DNA from: an uncultured Chloroflexia bacterium
Lineage (GTDB): Bacteria; Chloroflexota; Limnocylindria; Limnocylindrales; CSP1-4
Assembly (NCBI GenBank): GCA_963743815.1
Contig: CAVURB010000003.1
Location: forward strand, 169,504 to 233,503
Length of the DNA: 64,000 nt
Direction of reading: 5' to 3'
Both the position numbers and the translations under genes were made by a program. The number at the start of each line of letters is the position of its first letter. The stretch's first letter is position 1. Shown in pieces: positions 22,504 through 31,027 of the stretch. The notes under the pieces are model-generated. The model was not told where the DNA came from. It searched no databases and was given only the letters and a program-made list of their open reading frames with translations.

Positions 22504-23564
22504 CCCGGGACGCTGAACCAGAACCGCGTCAGCCCGTCGCGCGACTCCGCCCCGACACGCCCGCCGCCCTGCTCCACGAGCTGCTTCACGATGGCGAGCC
22601 CGATCCCCGCGCCGCCGCGCGCGCGGTCGCGCGACTTCTCGACGCGATAGAAGCGATCGAAGACGCGGTCGAGGTCGTCCGGCGGGATCGAGTCGCCGGT
22701 GTTGAGTACCGAGACGAGCACGTCGCCCGGCCGACGTTCGGCCCGGACCGTCACCGCGCCGCCGGCCGGCGTGTAGCGCACGGCGTTCGACAGCAGGTTC
22801 GCGAGGACCTGCGCAAGGCGATCAGGATCCGCGCGTGCCGGCAGCGTCGGCGGGACCTCCACGGTGAGCCGCAGCCCCGCCCGCTCGATCGATGGCGTCG
22901 CGAGCTCCAGCGCCGACCCGATGGCCACGGCGAGATCCAGCTCCACGACCTGGGGTGGGCTCGTCCCGGCGTCACCCTCCGCGAGCGCATCCAGTGAGCG
23001 CGACAACCGGACCAGTCGATCCGCCTCCTCGTGGAGCGACTCGTAGGTCGCGCGGTCCGCCGTGATGACCCCGTCGCGCAACGCCTCCAGGTAGCCCTGG
23101 AGATTGGTCAGCGGCGTGCGCAGCTCGTGCGCGGCGTTCGCGATGAAGTCGCGGCGCATCGATTCCTGGCGCTCCAGCGACGCCGCCATCTGGTTGAACG
23201 AATCGGCGAGGCTCGCCAGCTCCTCCGGCCCCTCCCGCGGGACCCGCGCCGCGTAGTCGCCATCCGCGATCCGGCGCGCGGCGCCGCCGATCTCCGCCAA
23301 CGGCCGCGCCAGCATCCTCCCCAGGACGACAGCGAGGATCACGCTCGCCACGACCGCCAGCACCGACGCCGCGATGACCACGGTCGTGACCGATTCGTCG
23401 TACATCGCCTGGGCGTGCTCGGCGGAGTCACCCGCTTCCATCATCAGCTCGGTGAAGACATCGGCGCCAACGACCGCGACGCCCACGGCGAGGATCACGA
23501 GCCCCACCGCGGCACTGACGATCGCCGCCAGCGCGATCCGACCCGCGATCCCGCGCGCGATCAC
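22500..23564 (-). CDS. sensor histidine kinase (2 TM, HAMP, HisKA, HATPase_c)
   Basis: HAMP LARPLAEIGGAARRIADGDYAARV...LADSFNQMAASL, H-box FIANAAHELRTPLTNL, N-box LLSNAVRYTP, G-boxes NTGDSI and GGAGIGLAIVKQLVE. Start taken at GTG 23564 (VIARGIAGRIALAAIV). Confidence 0.9.
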   Translation of the reverse strand: MIARGIAGRIALAAIVSAAVGLVILAVGVAVVGADVFTELMMEAGDSAEHAQAMYDESVTTVVIAASVLAVVASVILAVVLGRMLARPLAEIGGAARRIADGDYAARVPREGPEELASLADSFNQMAASLERQESMRRDFIANAAHELRTPLTNLQGYLEALRDGVITADRATYESLHEEADRLVRLSRSLDALAEGDAGTSPPQVVELDLAVAIGSALELATPSIERAGLRLTVEVPPTLPARADPDRLAQVLANLLSNAVRYTPAGGAVTVRAERRPGDVLVSVLNTGDSIPPDDLDRVFDRFYRVEKSRDRARGGAGIGLAIVKQLVEQGGGRVGAESRDGLTRFWFSVPG

Positions 23565-24338
23565 GGCGTCCGGCCGCCCGGTACCCCACGCCGCGCACCG
23601 TCTGCACGTAGCGCGGCGCATCGGGGTCGTCATCGAGCTTGTCGCGCAGCCGCCGGATGTGGACATCGATCGTGCGGTCCAGCACCTCGGCGGCCTCGTG
23701 GCCGTACACCGCGTCGAGCAGTTGGTCGCGCGAGAGGACGCGCCCGCCGGCGCCCAGGATCGCGCTGAGGAGCCGGAACTCCACGCGCGTCAGATCGATG
23801 ATCGCGCCGTCGTCGCGACGCACCTCGTGGCGCGAGGCATCGATGGTCAGGTCGCCGTGGCGGAGGACGGGCTGGTCCGGCGCGCGGCCGGGGCATCCGC
23901 GGCGGTGGCAGTCGGCGCCATCGATGTCGCGCTCCGTCGCAGGATCGACTTCACGCGGAGCACCAGCTCGGCCGGCGAGAACGGCTTGGGAAGGTAGTCG
24001 TCGGCGCCGTCCTCGAGGCCGGCGATGCGATCGATGGTGGAACTCCGCGCCGACAGCACGAGGATCGGTGTGTGGGCCGCTTCGTCGTCGCGGCGCACGG
24101 CGCGGATGACGGCCCGCCCGTCCAGCTCGGGGAGCATCAGGTCCAGGACGACGAGCGCGGGTTGGTGGGTCTCGATCGCGTCGAGCGCGCCCGGTCCGTC
24201 CGCGGCGGTCACGACCGTGAAGCCGTCGCGCTCCAGGTACGTGCGCACGAGCCGGACGATCTTGGCGTCGTCGTCGACGACGAGGATCGGTGCGGTCGGG
24301 ATCGCCGTGTCGGTCGTCGGGTTCGGCATCGACAGCAT
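23561..24338 (-). CDS. OmpR/PhoB-family response regulator, frame break near 23885 (and possibly one at the 3' end)
   Basis: The receiver is in the 23847-24338 ORF (ILVVDDDAKIVRLV...VVLDLMLPELDG...DDYLPKPFSPAEL). The winged helix is in the 23428-23823 frame (LTRVEFRLLSAIL...TIDVHIRRLRDKL...VQTVRGVGYR). The C-terminal frame stays open to 23428, so the true stop is uncertain. Confidence 0.85.
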
Positions 24339-24397
24339 GGTAGGGGAGCGATGCTATGGCGCCGCTGTGTCGATCCGGTGACGCGGCTGGGCTCCGG

Positions 24398-25189
24398 CTA
24401 GTCCCTGGTCTGCTCGGCGACGCTCCGGATCGCTTCGATCACGACCTCGGGGTCGTGGAGTTGCGGGAAATGGCCGCTCCCCTCGGCGACGACCTGGCGA
24501 CCGCTCCGGGTAAGGGCGGCGCGGCCGCGTTGGGCCTCCTGGTGCGCCGCGAAGGCCGCTTCCGGGACCATCCGCATCCGCTTGCCGCCGGTCACGACGA
24601 CGAGCGGGATGTCGGGGAACGGCGACGCGGCCCCGATCTGGCGGACCGTCTCGGCGACGTGGTCGACCTCGTCGAAGCCGCTTGGACGTCCGCGCAGTCG
24701 ATCGACCGCGCCCGCGGCCGTGCCGATCGCCCGAGCCGTGAACCCCGGCCGCGGCGGATCCATCGCCTCCTCCGGACTCGCCGCCTCCACCAGGACGACG
24801 CCGGCGACCTCGTCGGGATGGAGCCGCGCGAAGAGTTCCACGTGGAGACCACCCAGCGAGTGCCCCACCAGCACGTACGGCGGCGGCACCCCAGCCTGCG
24901 CCAGGAGCGAGCGCAGCGCGGCCACGATGATCCCGCCCGTCTGCGGCACCGTCGGCCGGTCGCTCTTGCCGACGCCGAGTCGGTCGACGGCGATCACGGT
25001 CCCGAACGCCGCCGCCCCGGGGAGCACCTTGAACCACGAATCGATGTCCATCCCGGCGCCGGCCAGGAACACGATGGGCGGGGCGCCCTCGCCGAGGCGG
25101 ACGTACGCCAGTCGCCGGCCATCGACGACCGCGATCTGCCGCGGCAGCCGCTGACTGGCCTGGATGGCGGAGGCGTCGCGCGGATGCAT
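24398..25189 (-). CDS. alpha/beta-fold hydrolase
   Basis: Distal 263 aa of the 480-aa ORF: PPIVFLAGAGMD, nucleophile elbow VGHSLGG, C-terminal GSGHFPQL. Confidence 0.85.
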   Translation of the reverse strand: MHPRDASAIQASQRLPRQIAVVDGRRLAYVRLGEGAPPIVFLAGAGMDIDSWFKVLPGAAAFGTVIAVDRLGVGKSDRPTVPQTGGIIVAALRSLLAQAGVPPPYVLVGHSLGGLHVELFARLHPDEVAGVVLVEAASPEEAMDPPRPGFTARAIGTAAGAVDRLRGRPSGFDEVDHVAETVRQIGAASPFPDIPLVVVTGGKRMRMVPEAAFAAHQEAQRGRAALTRSGRQVVAEGSGHFPQLHDPEVVIEAIRSVAEQTRD

Positions 25190-25213
25190 GGACCGATTCT
25201 GACGGGTGGACCG

Positions 25214-25654
25214 ATGGGCCATCATGCCGAAGTGTCCAGGTTGATCGCCTCCGTAGGCGGGATCGTCGCTCTCGGTGCGCTGGCGCTCGGGGTCGCCGCC
25301 TGCCAAGCGGGTATCCCTCCCCAGACGTTCATCGATGGGCTGCCGGTCGGCGACCGGGCTACGTGGGGCGTCCGGGACGGCGACCGGTTCTCCGAGGTCG
25401 CGCTGGCGGAGCTCGATTCGCGCGAGCCGAACCACGCGCCGGTCGCGGCCATCGAGGCCTATATCCCCGACTACCGGATGGCGGACGGACAACGGCTGTT
25501 GCTGGTCCGGAGCGGCGGGAATGACCTCATCATCGTGCTGCGGCTGGAGGACGGATCGGTCCGGGCGGTCTATGTGGGTTGCGGCGCTGGTGTGGAACCT
25601 GATCGGTGTTTCGTGGGTCCGCCGAGCGACCTCCCGTCGCGTGGCGAACCGTAG
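25214..25654 (+). CDS. hypothetical lipoprotein
   Basis: ATG 25214. Signal/lipobox IVALGALALGVAAC. It is divergent from the hydrolase gene. Only the last 146 aa of the 432-aa track ORF look coding. Confidence 0.5.
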   Translation: MGHHAEVSRLIASVGGIVALGALALGVAACQAGIPPQTFIDGLPVGDRATWGVRDGDRFSEVALAELDSREPNHAPVAAIEAYIPDYRMADGQRLLLVRSGGNDLIIVLRLEDGSVRAVYVGCGAGVEPDRCFVGPPSDLPSRGEP

Positions 25655-25672
25655 ATTCGGGCCTTGTCTGAT

Positions 25673-25688
25673 TAGAACAAGTGTTCTA
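25673..25688. promoter_or_regulatory. LexA-type SOS box TAGAAC-N4-GTTCTA upstream of imuA'
   Basis: TAGAACAAGTGTTCTA read directly. It matches the Gram-positive/actinobacterial GAAC-N4-GTTC core, overlaps a TACTAT -10-like hexamer, and lies 14 nt before ATG 25702. Confidence 0.75.
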
Positions 25689-25701
25689 CTATCGGCGTCC
25701 G

Positions 25702-27099
25702 ATGACGACCCCTCGCGCCGATGTGGACGCCGCCGTCGCGGGCCTCCAGGCTCGCTGGGGTGCCGCAGCTCCGCGGGTCGTCGGGGCCCTCGCGCTGGCG
25801 CCCGAGCCGGAGGCGGACGAGGCGCCTGACGCCCGGCCATCGATCGGACCGCTCCCCGACGACCGGATCATCCACACGGGGTTCGCTGCGCTCGATGCGA
25901 TCCTGGGCCCGGGCGGCCTCCCGCGCAGTGCCAGTGTCGCGATCCGGGGCGACGGCTCCAGCGGCCGGACGACGCTCGCGCTGCGGGTCGCGGCGGAGGC
26001 GCAATCGGCGGGCTCGGTCGTGGCCTGGTTGGACCTGTCGCGCAGTTTCGACCCGGTCGAGGCCGTCGCCCGCGGCGTCCGACTCGAATGGCTCGTCGTC
26101 ATCACGCCGGCCAGCCTGGGCGAGGGCCTCAGCATCGCGGGCAGCCTGCTCGCCGGTCGATCGGTGGACATGCTCGTACTGGACCTCCCCGGCGGTCGAA
26201 CGGCCAGGACCGATACGCCCGCGAAGATCGCCGATCGACTCCATCGACTCGCCGCACTCGCCCGACGCGCGGAGACCCTGCTCCTGATCCTCGATGCGCC
26301 CGGGGGCGGTGGCGGTGGCAGGAAGCCGGCCGATGGCCTCGCGACCGCGGTCGATCAGTCGACCGGCATCCGCCTCGAGCTGGCTCGCCGGTCGTGGGTC
26401 CGCCTGGGTCGCGACATCGTGGGCCAGCGCACCGAGGCGCTCATCGCGCACAACCGATACGGACCGCCGGGGCGCACCGCGACGCTCCGGATCCTCTACG
26501 CCGAGGGTGGCGACCGGGATGCGTGCCTCACCCGGGACGCGCTGCTGATCGATGCCCTTGAGGCGGTGCCGGGGCCTCGTTCCGTGTCGGGGGCCGAGAC
26601 TCCCGTCGCCGCCCGCCGATCCGCCCGGGTTGCATCAGATGCACGAGTGGTTGCCGCCGGGCCGTATCCGTTGCACCAGACGCACGGGATGGACCGATCA
26701 GACCCCGTGCGAGGCCCGGACGGCCCTTCGAATGCCGATTCTTTGCGCGTGATGCAAGAACCAGGCACCGATCCAGCCCGACAGCAGGTCCCGGCAATGG
26801 TCCATGCGTCTGATGCAACCGCGTCGGCACCCGCCACGTCGCCGCCACCCGTCCACGCCCCCGCTCCTGAGGCCCCCGATCGCGAGACCCACGACCATGC
26901 GACGTCTCCACCTCTTCGTGCCGCACCTTCCCCTGGGCCTGGCACGGGCCCGACGCTCCGAGCCCTTCCCGCCAGGTCCGCTCGTGCTGGGCGGCAAGCC
27001 GTGGGATCCGGGGCCGGTCATCGACGCGAGCCCGGACGCACGGGCCCTGGGCGTCCGGCGCGGCATGCCGCTCGCGAGCGCCCATCGACTCGTCCCTGA
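25702..27099 (+). CDS. imuA: ImuA'-like RecA-fold SOS mutasome protein (3' end uncertain)
   Basis: GFAALDAILGPGGLPRSASVAIRGDGSSGRTTLALRVAAEAQSAGSVVAWLD (degenerate RecA/KaiC-type P-loop), followed by imuB and preceded by an SOS box. The conserved part ends near 26560. The frame stays open through a low-complexity tail that overlaps the imuB start by 200 nt. Confidence 0.7.
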   Translation: MTTPRADVDAAVAGLQARWGAAAPRVVGALALAPEPEADEAPDARPSIGPLPDDRIIHTGFAALDAILGPGGLPRSASVAIRGDGSSGRTTLALRVAAEAQSAGSVVAWLDLSRSFDPVEAVARGVRLEWLVVITPASLGEGLSIAGSLLAGRSVDMLVLDLPGGRTARTDTPAKIADRLHRLAALARRAETLLLILDAPGGGGGGRKPADGLATAVDQSTGIRLELARRSWVRLGRDIVGQRTEALIAHNRYGPPGRTATLRILYAEGGDRDACLTRDALLIDALEAVPGPRSVSGAETPVAARRSARVASDARVVAAGPYPLHQTHGMDRSDPVRGPDGPSNADSLRVMQEPGTDPARQQVPAMVHASDATASAPATSPPPVHAPAPEAPDRETHDHATSPPLRAAPSPGPGTGPTLRALPARSARAGRQAVGSGAGHRREPGRTGPGRPARHAARERPSTRP

Positions 27100-28270
27100 G
27101 GCGACCTTCATCGAGCCCGATCTCGATGCGGATGGGGCGGTGGCGGAACGTGTCTTCGAGGCGCTCGGGCGGTTCAGCCCGAGCCTTGCGGGGAGTGCCG
27201 ACTCGACGGACGCGGCGTTCGGGCAGTTCGAGCTGGGCATCGATGGCCTCGCGGCGCTGTGGGGCCCCGAGCCCGAACTCATCGAGCGTGTCAGTTCTGC
27301 GTTGCGTGCCGCGCTCCCCGGGGAGGGCGGCACGGCGGGGGAGGGCGGCGCACCCGGGGAGGCGGGGCCCGCCCTCGAGCCCCGTGCCGGCATCGCGGGC
27401 ACCCACTTTGCGGCGACCATCGCCGCCGTCCACGCCCGTCCCGGGGCACCGATCGTCGTCCCGCCCGGTGCCGAGACCACGTTCCTCGCCGACTTCCCGT
27501 CGGCCCTCCTTACCACCGACCCCGATGTCCGCGCCCGGCTGACCCGCTTCGGCCTGCGCCGGATCGGGCCCGTGGCCGAGCTGCCGCGGTCCGCGCTCAT
27601 CGCGAGGTTCGGTGACGAGGGCGCCCGGATCCATGCCCGCGCCCGGGGCGAGGAGACCGAGCCGTTCCGTGCCCGCCACGCTCCGGAACGCCTGGCTCTC
27701 GGGCTGCCCATCGAACCTCCGGTGGAGGAGCTGGAACCCGTCCGGTTCGTCCTCCATCGACTCGTGGCGGCGCTGGCCGCCCAACTCACGGGACGGGGTC
27801 TCGCCGCGGACCGGGCGCACCTCACCCTGGAGCTCGATCTCGCGTTCGCCCCGCGTGGGACGTCGCCGCGGATGGAGGTCGAGCAGCGCTTCCCGGAACC
27901 CACTGCGGATGCCCATGCCGTGGAGCGCCTGTTGTTCGCACGGCTGGAACGGGAGCCGCCACCGGCCGCGGTCGCGCGTTTGGAGCTGGAGTTGCGCGGC
28001 ACGGTCCCGGCCGCGGGGCAGCAACTCCCGTTGTTCGTGCCACAGGCCGCGCGCACGGCACGCCTGGGCTGGCAACTCGCGCGACTCGCCCTGACCTACG
28101 GGGAGGACCGCGTCCGTCGGGTGGCCATCACGGACCCGGAGGCGCCACTCCCAGAGGATCGGTGGACCTGGCAGTCGGTGGGCATGGACGGGACGGCGGG
28201 CGTGCCCGCAACGGCGGTCGTGCCCCGGCCGGCGGGCGTGCCCGGGCCCGGCCGGGGTCGACCCGCATGA
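26897..28270 (+). CDS. imuB: ImuB, Y-family-polymerase-like mutasome subunit
   Basis: MRRLHLFVPHLPLGLARA...LVLGGKPWDPGPVIDASPDARALGVRRGMPLASAH resembles ImuB/DinB-fold N-termini. About 457 aa, sitting in the imuA'-imuB context. Confidence 0.8.
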   Translation: MRRLHLFVPHLPLGLARARRSEPFPPGPLVLGGKPWDPGPVIDASPDARALGVRRGMPLASAHRLVPEATFIEPDLDADGAVAERVFEALGRFSPSLAGSADSTDAAFGQFELGIDGLAALWGPEPELIERVSSALRAALPGEGGTAGEGGAPGEAGPALEPRAGIAGTHFAATIAAVHARPGAPIVVPPGAETTFLADFPSALLTTDPDVRARLTRFGLRRIGPVAELPRSALIARFGDEGARIHARARGEETEPFRARHAPERLALGLPIEPPVEELEPVRFVLHRLVAALAAQLTGRGLAADRAHLTLELDLAFAPRGTSPRMEVEQRFPEPTADAHAVERLLFARLEREPPPAAVARLELELRGTVPAAGQQLPLFVPQAARTARLGWQLARLALTYGEDRVRRVAITDPEAPLPEDRWTWQSVGMDGTAGVPATAVVPRPAGVPGPGRGRPA

Positions 28271-28515
28271 CCCGCCTGCTGCGCGAGCACCCCCGCATCG
28301 ATGTCGAATTCGACCTCGACGGCCATCTCACCGCGATCCGCTGGAACGGTCGCCGCGAGGCCGTCGAGGTCTGCAATCGATGGCGCGTGGAGGAAGCCTG
28401 GTGGCGCGAGCCGATCGCGCGCGACTACGTCAAGGTGGCCGGCGAGCGCTGGCTGGCGCTCGTGTACCTGGATCGGGTCTCCGGCACGTGGCACCTCGAG
28501 CGGTTGTACGACTAG
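28267..28515 (+). CDS. 82-aa Trp/Arg-rich protein translationally coupled to imuB (possibly a DUF6504-type family)
   Basis: The ATG overlaps the imuB stop (ATGA). Sequence MTRLLREHPRIDVEFDLDGHLTAIRWNGRREAVEVCNRWRVEEAWWREPIARDYVKVAGERWLALVYLDRVSGTWHLERLYD has coding-like composition. Confidence 0.6.
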   Translation: MTRLLREHPRIDVEFDLDGHLTAIRWNGRREAVEVCNRWRVEEAWWREPIARDYVKVAGERWLALVYLDRVSGTWHLERLYD

Positions 28516-28940
28516 CGGCCCTTCCCGATGCGGCCCAGGTGCGTCTCGTGGAAGGACGTCGGCAGCTTCAGGCCGTAGCCGGCCGCCCGATCCATCCCGA
28601 CATGGGCGACGAGGATGGCGCCTGCCAGGATCACCAGCGAGTTGCCCGTCCAGGCGCCCAGGCCCAGCACGGCCAGCCCGATCGCCCAGTTGTGGACCAG
28701 GTTGTACGTGAAGGCGCCCAGCCGCGGTCCGCCGAGGTAGCCGATCGCCGAGATATCCGGCACGAGCAGCAACGGGATCGCCAGGAGCCACGGCCCACCC
28801 GCCGACACGAAGACCGCGAGGCCGGCAGCGAATGCTGCCGCCCCTTCGAGTCGGAGCCATGTGCGAGTGGAGGGTGGCGCGACCAGGTTCGCGGCGGAAG
28901 GCATCTCGCCCACCGAGTGTGCTGTCGTCAATGCGTTCAT
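28512..28940 (-). CDS. DUF4260-family membrane protein
   Basis: 142 aa with WLRLEGAAAFAAGLAVF...VPDISAIGYL...YNLVHNW...HVGMDRAAGYGLK, the pattern I associate with DUF4260. Confidence 0.7.
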   Translation of the reverse strand: MNALTTAHSVGEMPSAANLVAPPSTRTWLRLEGAAAFAAGLAVFVSAGGPWLLAIPLLLVPDISAIGYLGGPRLGAFTYNLVHNWAIGLAVLGLGAWTGNSLVILAGAILVAHVGMDRAAGYGLKLPTSFHETHLGRIGKGR

Positions 28941-28992
28941 CAGATCGTTTCCTTCTTCGACCTCGAGGCGATCACTTGCTCGTCGCCTCGTT

Positions 28993-29034
28993 GATGGCTA
29001 ATATACGTAGCCATCATGGCTATTGTCAATAGCC
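28993..29034. promoter_or_regulatory. two palindromic operators in the DUF4260/TetR divergent promoter
   Basis: GATGGCTA-N7-TAGCCATC (28993-29015) and GGCTATTG-T-CAATAGCC (29018-29034). Both have perfect 8-bp arms and share an ATGGCTA core. Confidence 0.6.
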
Positions 29035-29060
29035 TAGAATCGGACGATGATGGAGCGACC

Positions 29061-29642
29061 ATGAGCCCGACCCCCGCCCGCACCAGTCGTGACGCGATCA
29101 CCGAGGCTGCGCGAGCCATCCTCGAGGAGGACGGCCTCGACGCCGTATCCATGCAGGCCGTCGCCGAGCGGGTCGGTGTCCGTGCGCCGTCGCTCTACAA
29201 GCATGTCGCCGATCGCAACGCCCTCATCCGTGCCGTCACGGACGCTGTAGCGGCCGAGTTGGCGACGGCGCTTCGACCGCCCAGACGGACGCGCGATCCC
29301 GGTGACGAGCTTCGCTCGATCGCCCGCCGCTATCGCGCGTTCGTCCGCGAGAACCCGATGGGCTACGGATTGCTGTTCATGCGGCTCGGGCCCGGGATGT
29401 TGCCCGACGAGTCGATCCTGGCAGCCCTGGGCGAGCCGATCGTGAGTGCGACGGCGCGCCTCGTTGGGGAGGAGGGTGCGCTGGATGCCGCGCGAACCTT
29501 CGTGGCCTGGGCGCACGGCTTCACGAGTCTGGAGTCAGCCGGCGGGTTCCGCCTGGGCGGCGATATCGATGCCGCCTTCGCCAGCGGCATCGACCTCATC
29601 CTCGCGGGGATCAGCGAACGGGCGAGCCCAGCATCAGGGTGA
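29061..29642 (+). CDS. TetR/AcrR-family transcriptional regulator
   Basis: HTH block ITEAARAILEEDGLDAVSMQAVAERVGVRAPSLYKHVADRNAL. ATG 29061 has GGAG 7 nt upstream. The track ORF start at 29016 lies inside the operator. Confidence 0.85.
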   Translation: MSPTPARTSRDAITEAARAILEEDGLDAVSMQAVAERVGVRAPSLYKHVADRNALIRAVTDAVAAELATALRPPRRTRDPGDELRSIARRYRAFVRENPMGYGLLFMRLGPGMLPDESILAALGEPIVSATARLVGEEGALDAARTFVAWAHGFTSLESAGGFRLGGDIDAAFASGIDLILAGISERASPASG

Positions 29643-29715
29643 CGACGAAGAGGACGAGGAAGAGCCCGATCACGAAGACCAGGACCCCGATGTCGCGTGG
29701 TTGCGCTGACTGCAT
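29611..29715 (-). CDS. 34-aa hydrophobic peptide candidate
   Basis: MQSAQPRDIGVLVFVIGLFLVLFVVTLMLGSPVR. One TM helix. It overlaps the TetR 3' end on the opposite strand. Confidence 0.2.
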   Translation of the reverse strand: MQSAQPRDIGVLVFVIGLFLVLFVVTLMLGSPVR

Positions 29716-29868
29716 CCGCTTCCCCCGAGTCGGGCGGACCGGCTCTTCGACCGCTCCCGCGCGTAACAAGACGCGTGACCGGGCCCAAGTGTAGCTGCGA
29801 CTCCACGGGTCTGCAGCTGCGTCACGCGCGGCCCCGATGACGCTGCCGCCGAGGTCAAGCTTCCCCGG

Positions 29869-29976
29869 TCAAGCTTCCGCGGGCGGCATGTTCCCGAAGA
29901 CGATGATCGCGACGAGCCCGAACAGGACCACCGCCAGGATCGCGGCACCGATGAAGTCGATCGGGCGGGGGTTCAT
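29869..29976 (-). CDS. 35-aa hydrophobic peptide candidate
   Basis: MNPRPIDFIGAAILAVVLFGLVAIIVFGNMPPAEA. One TM helix. The 3' end sits in a 12-nt direct duplication GGTCAAGCTTCC (29853-29864 and 29867-29878). Confidence 0.25.
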   Translation of the reverse strand: MNPRPIDFIGAAILAVVLFGLVAIIVFGNMPPAEA

Positions 29977-30024
29977 GGGCTGCGCGGCTCCTTGCTGCTG
30001 ATCGATGGTCGGGTTCGCGGTGGG

Positions 30025-30582
30025 TCAGAAGGGGCAGGCGGCGCCATATCGGACGGTCACGATGATCACCGTCCCCATGGGCGTGACCTTCGTCTGGATG
30101 CGGCAGTCGCCATCCCCGACGGAATCGACCACGTAGCCTCCGTCCTCGAACGGCCCCGACAACCCCTCGGTACTGTACGTCGCCATCTCGAGGCTCGTCT
30201 GCATCCATTCCGCGATCTGGGCGGGATCACCCTCGGCGAAGGCGTAGGCGGCACTGACAGGGTCGGGCGACACGTCCTCGGCGCTCGTCCCGCCCGGGTA
30301 GCGCGGGAAGTCGGACGGCAGGGCGTCCCAGATGCGACCCCACTCGGTGTCGGTCTGGCTCGGTTCCGGGGGATCCGTGGCGCTATCGGTCGGGGCGGCG
30401 GTCGGTTCGATCGTGACGTCGGGCGTGGGTGCCGGGTCGGTCGGGGCGGCGGTCGGAGTCGGGTCAGGATCCGCGGAGACGCCCGCCCCACCACAGGCGG
30501 CGAGCGCCAGGGCGAGCAGGGGAACGACGAACCGGGAGCGGCGGGGGCGCTTGAGCATGCCCGCAAGTCTAGGTGCAGACAT
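30025..30582 (-). CDS. hypothetical lipoprotein with Pro/Thr-rich linker
   Basis: Lipobox LLALALAACGG, a PT-rich spacer, then a C-terminal globular part ending CPF. The start may be ATG 30558 (MLKRPRR...). Confidence 0.6.
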   Translation of the reverse strand: MSAPRLAGMLKRPRRSRFVVPLLALALAACGGAGVSADPDPTPTAAPTDPAPTPDVTIEPTAAPTDSATDPPEPSQTDTEWGRIWDALPSDFPRYPGGTSAEDVSPDPVSAAYAFAEGDPAQIAEWMQTSLEMATYSTEGLSGPFEDGGYVVDSVGDGDCRIQTKVTPMGTVIIVTVRYGAACPF

Positions 30583-30587
30583 GGCAA

Positions 30588-30660
30588 GACCCCGTCGCGG
30601 GTAGGTCGCGTTCCCGCCCCCATGCGGGTGACTGACCTATGTCCCCCATGCGACGGGGTC
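30588..30660. other. 73-nt three-tier hairpin with C-rich apical loop
   Basis: Outer stem GACCCCGTCGC/GCGACGGGGTC, middle stem TAGGTC/GACCTA, inner stem CCCGC/GCGGG with loop CCCCAT. It lies between the 59-aa ORF and the lipoprotein gene. Confidence 0.35.
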
Positions 30661-30774
30661 CTGCGGCCGGAAAAACGCCGCTCACCAGCGCTCCGGCAAG
30701 GTCGGCGCTCGACCATCGCAGTCGAACGCCGCCGAACTTCGTCTCGAGCCCCCAGGCGCCGAGACTTATGTGGT

Positions 30775-30954
30775 CTAGATCGCCGCCGCCTGCGCCGCGA
30801 GGATCGCGGGCAGGAGGACGAGGATCGATAGCATCGCCAGGGCCACGAACAGGGCCGTCCGGAGCGCGGTCGTGGCGACCGGTCGGATCGGGCGATGCAG
30901 GTGGAGTGGCGCTTGCATGGCCGTGAGACGCCGGAACCCCCGATTCTGTTTCAT
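30775..30954 (-). CDS. 59-aa membrane peptide candidate, divergent from dnaE2 and adjacent to the SOS box
   Basis: MKQNRGFRRLTAMQAPLHLHRPIRPVATTALRTALFVALAMLSILVLLPAILAAQAAAI. Basic N-terminus plus one TM helix. The ATG is 11 nt from the LexA-type box. One codon below the track cutoff. Confidence 0.35.
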   Translation of the reverse strand: MKQNRGFRRLTAMQAPLHLHRPIRPVATTALRTALFVALAMLSILVLLPAILAAQAAAI

Positions 30955-30964
30955 GATTCGTGGC

Positions 30965-30980
30965 TAGAACGTTTGTTCTA
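30965..30980. promoter_or_regulatory. LexA-type SOS box TAGAAC-N4-GTTCTA upstream of dnaE2
   Basis: TAGAACGTTTGTTCTA read directly. It overlaps a TATACT -10-like hexamer (30978-30983) and lies 48 nt before the dnaE2 GTG. Confidence 0.75.
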
Positions 30981-31027
30981 TACTGACATGCCCCCGCTGG
31001 ACCGCGCCAAGACCGACGGAGCGACCC

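Noticed and set aside
24356-25654. 432-aa plus-strand ORF spanning the hydrolase gene.
   Set aside because: The first 285 codons are antisense to a clear alpha/beta hydrolase and are low-complexity. Only the final 146 codons, from ATG 25214, look coding.
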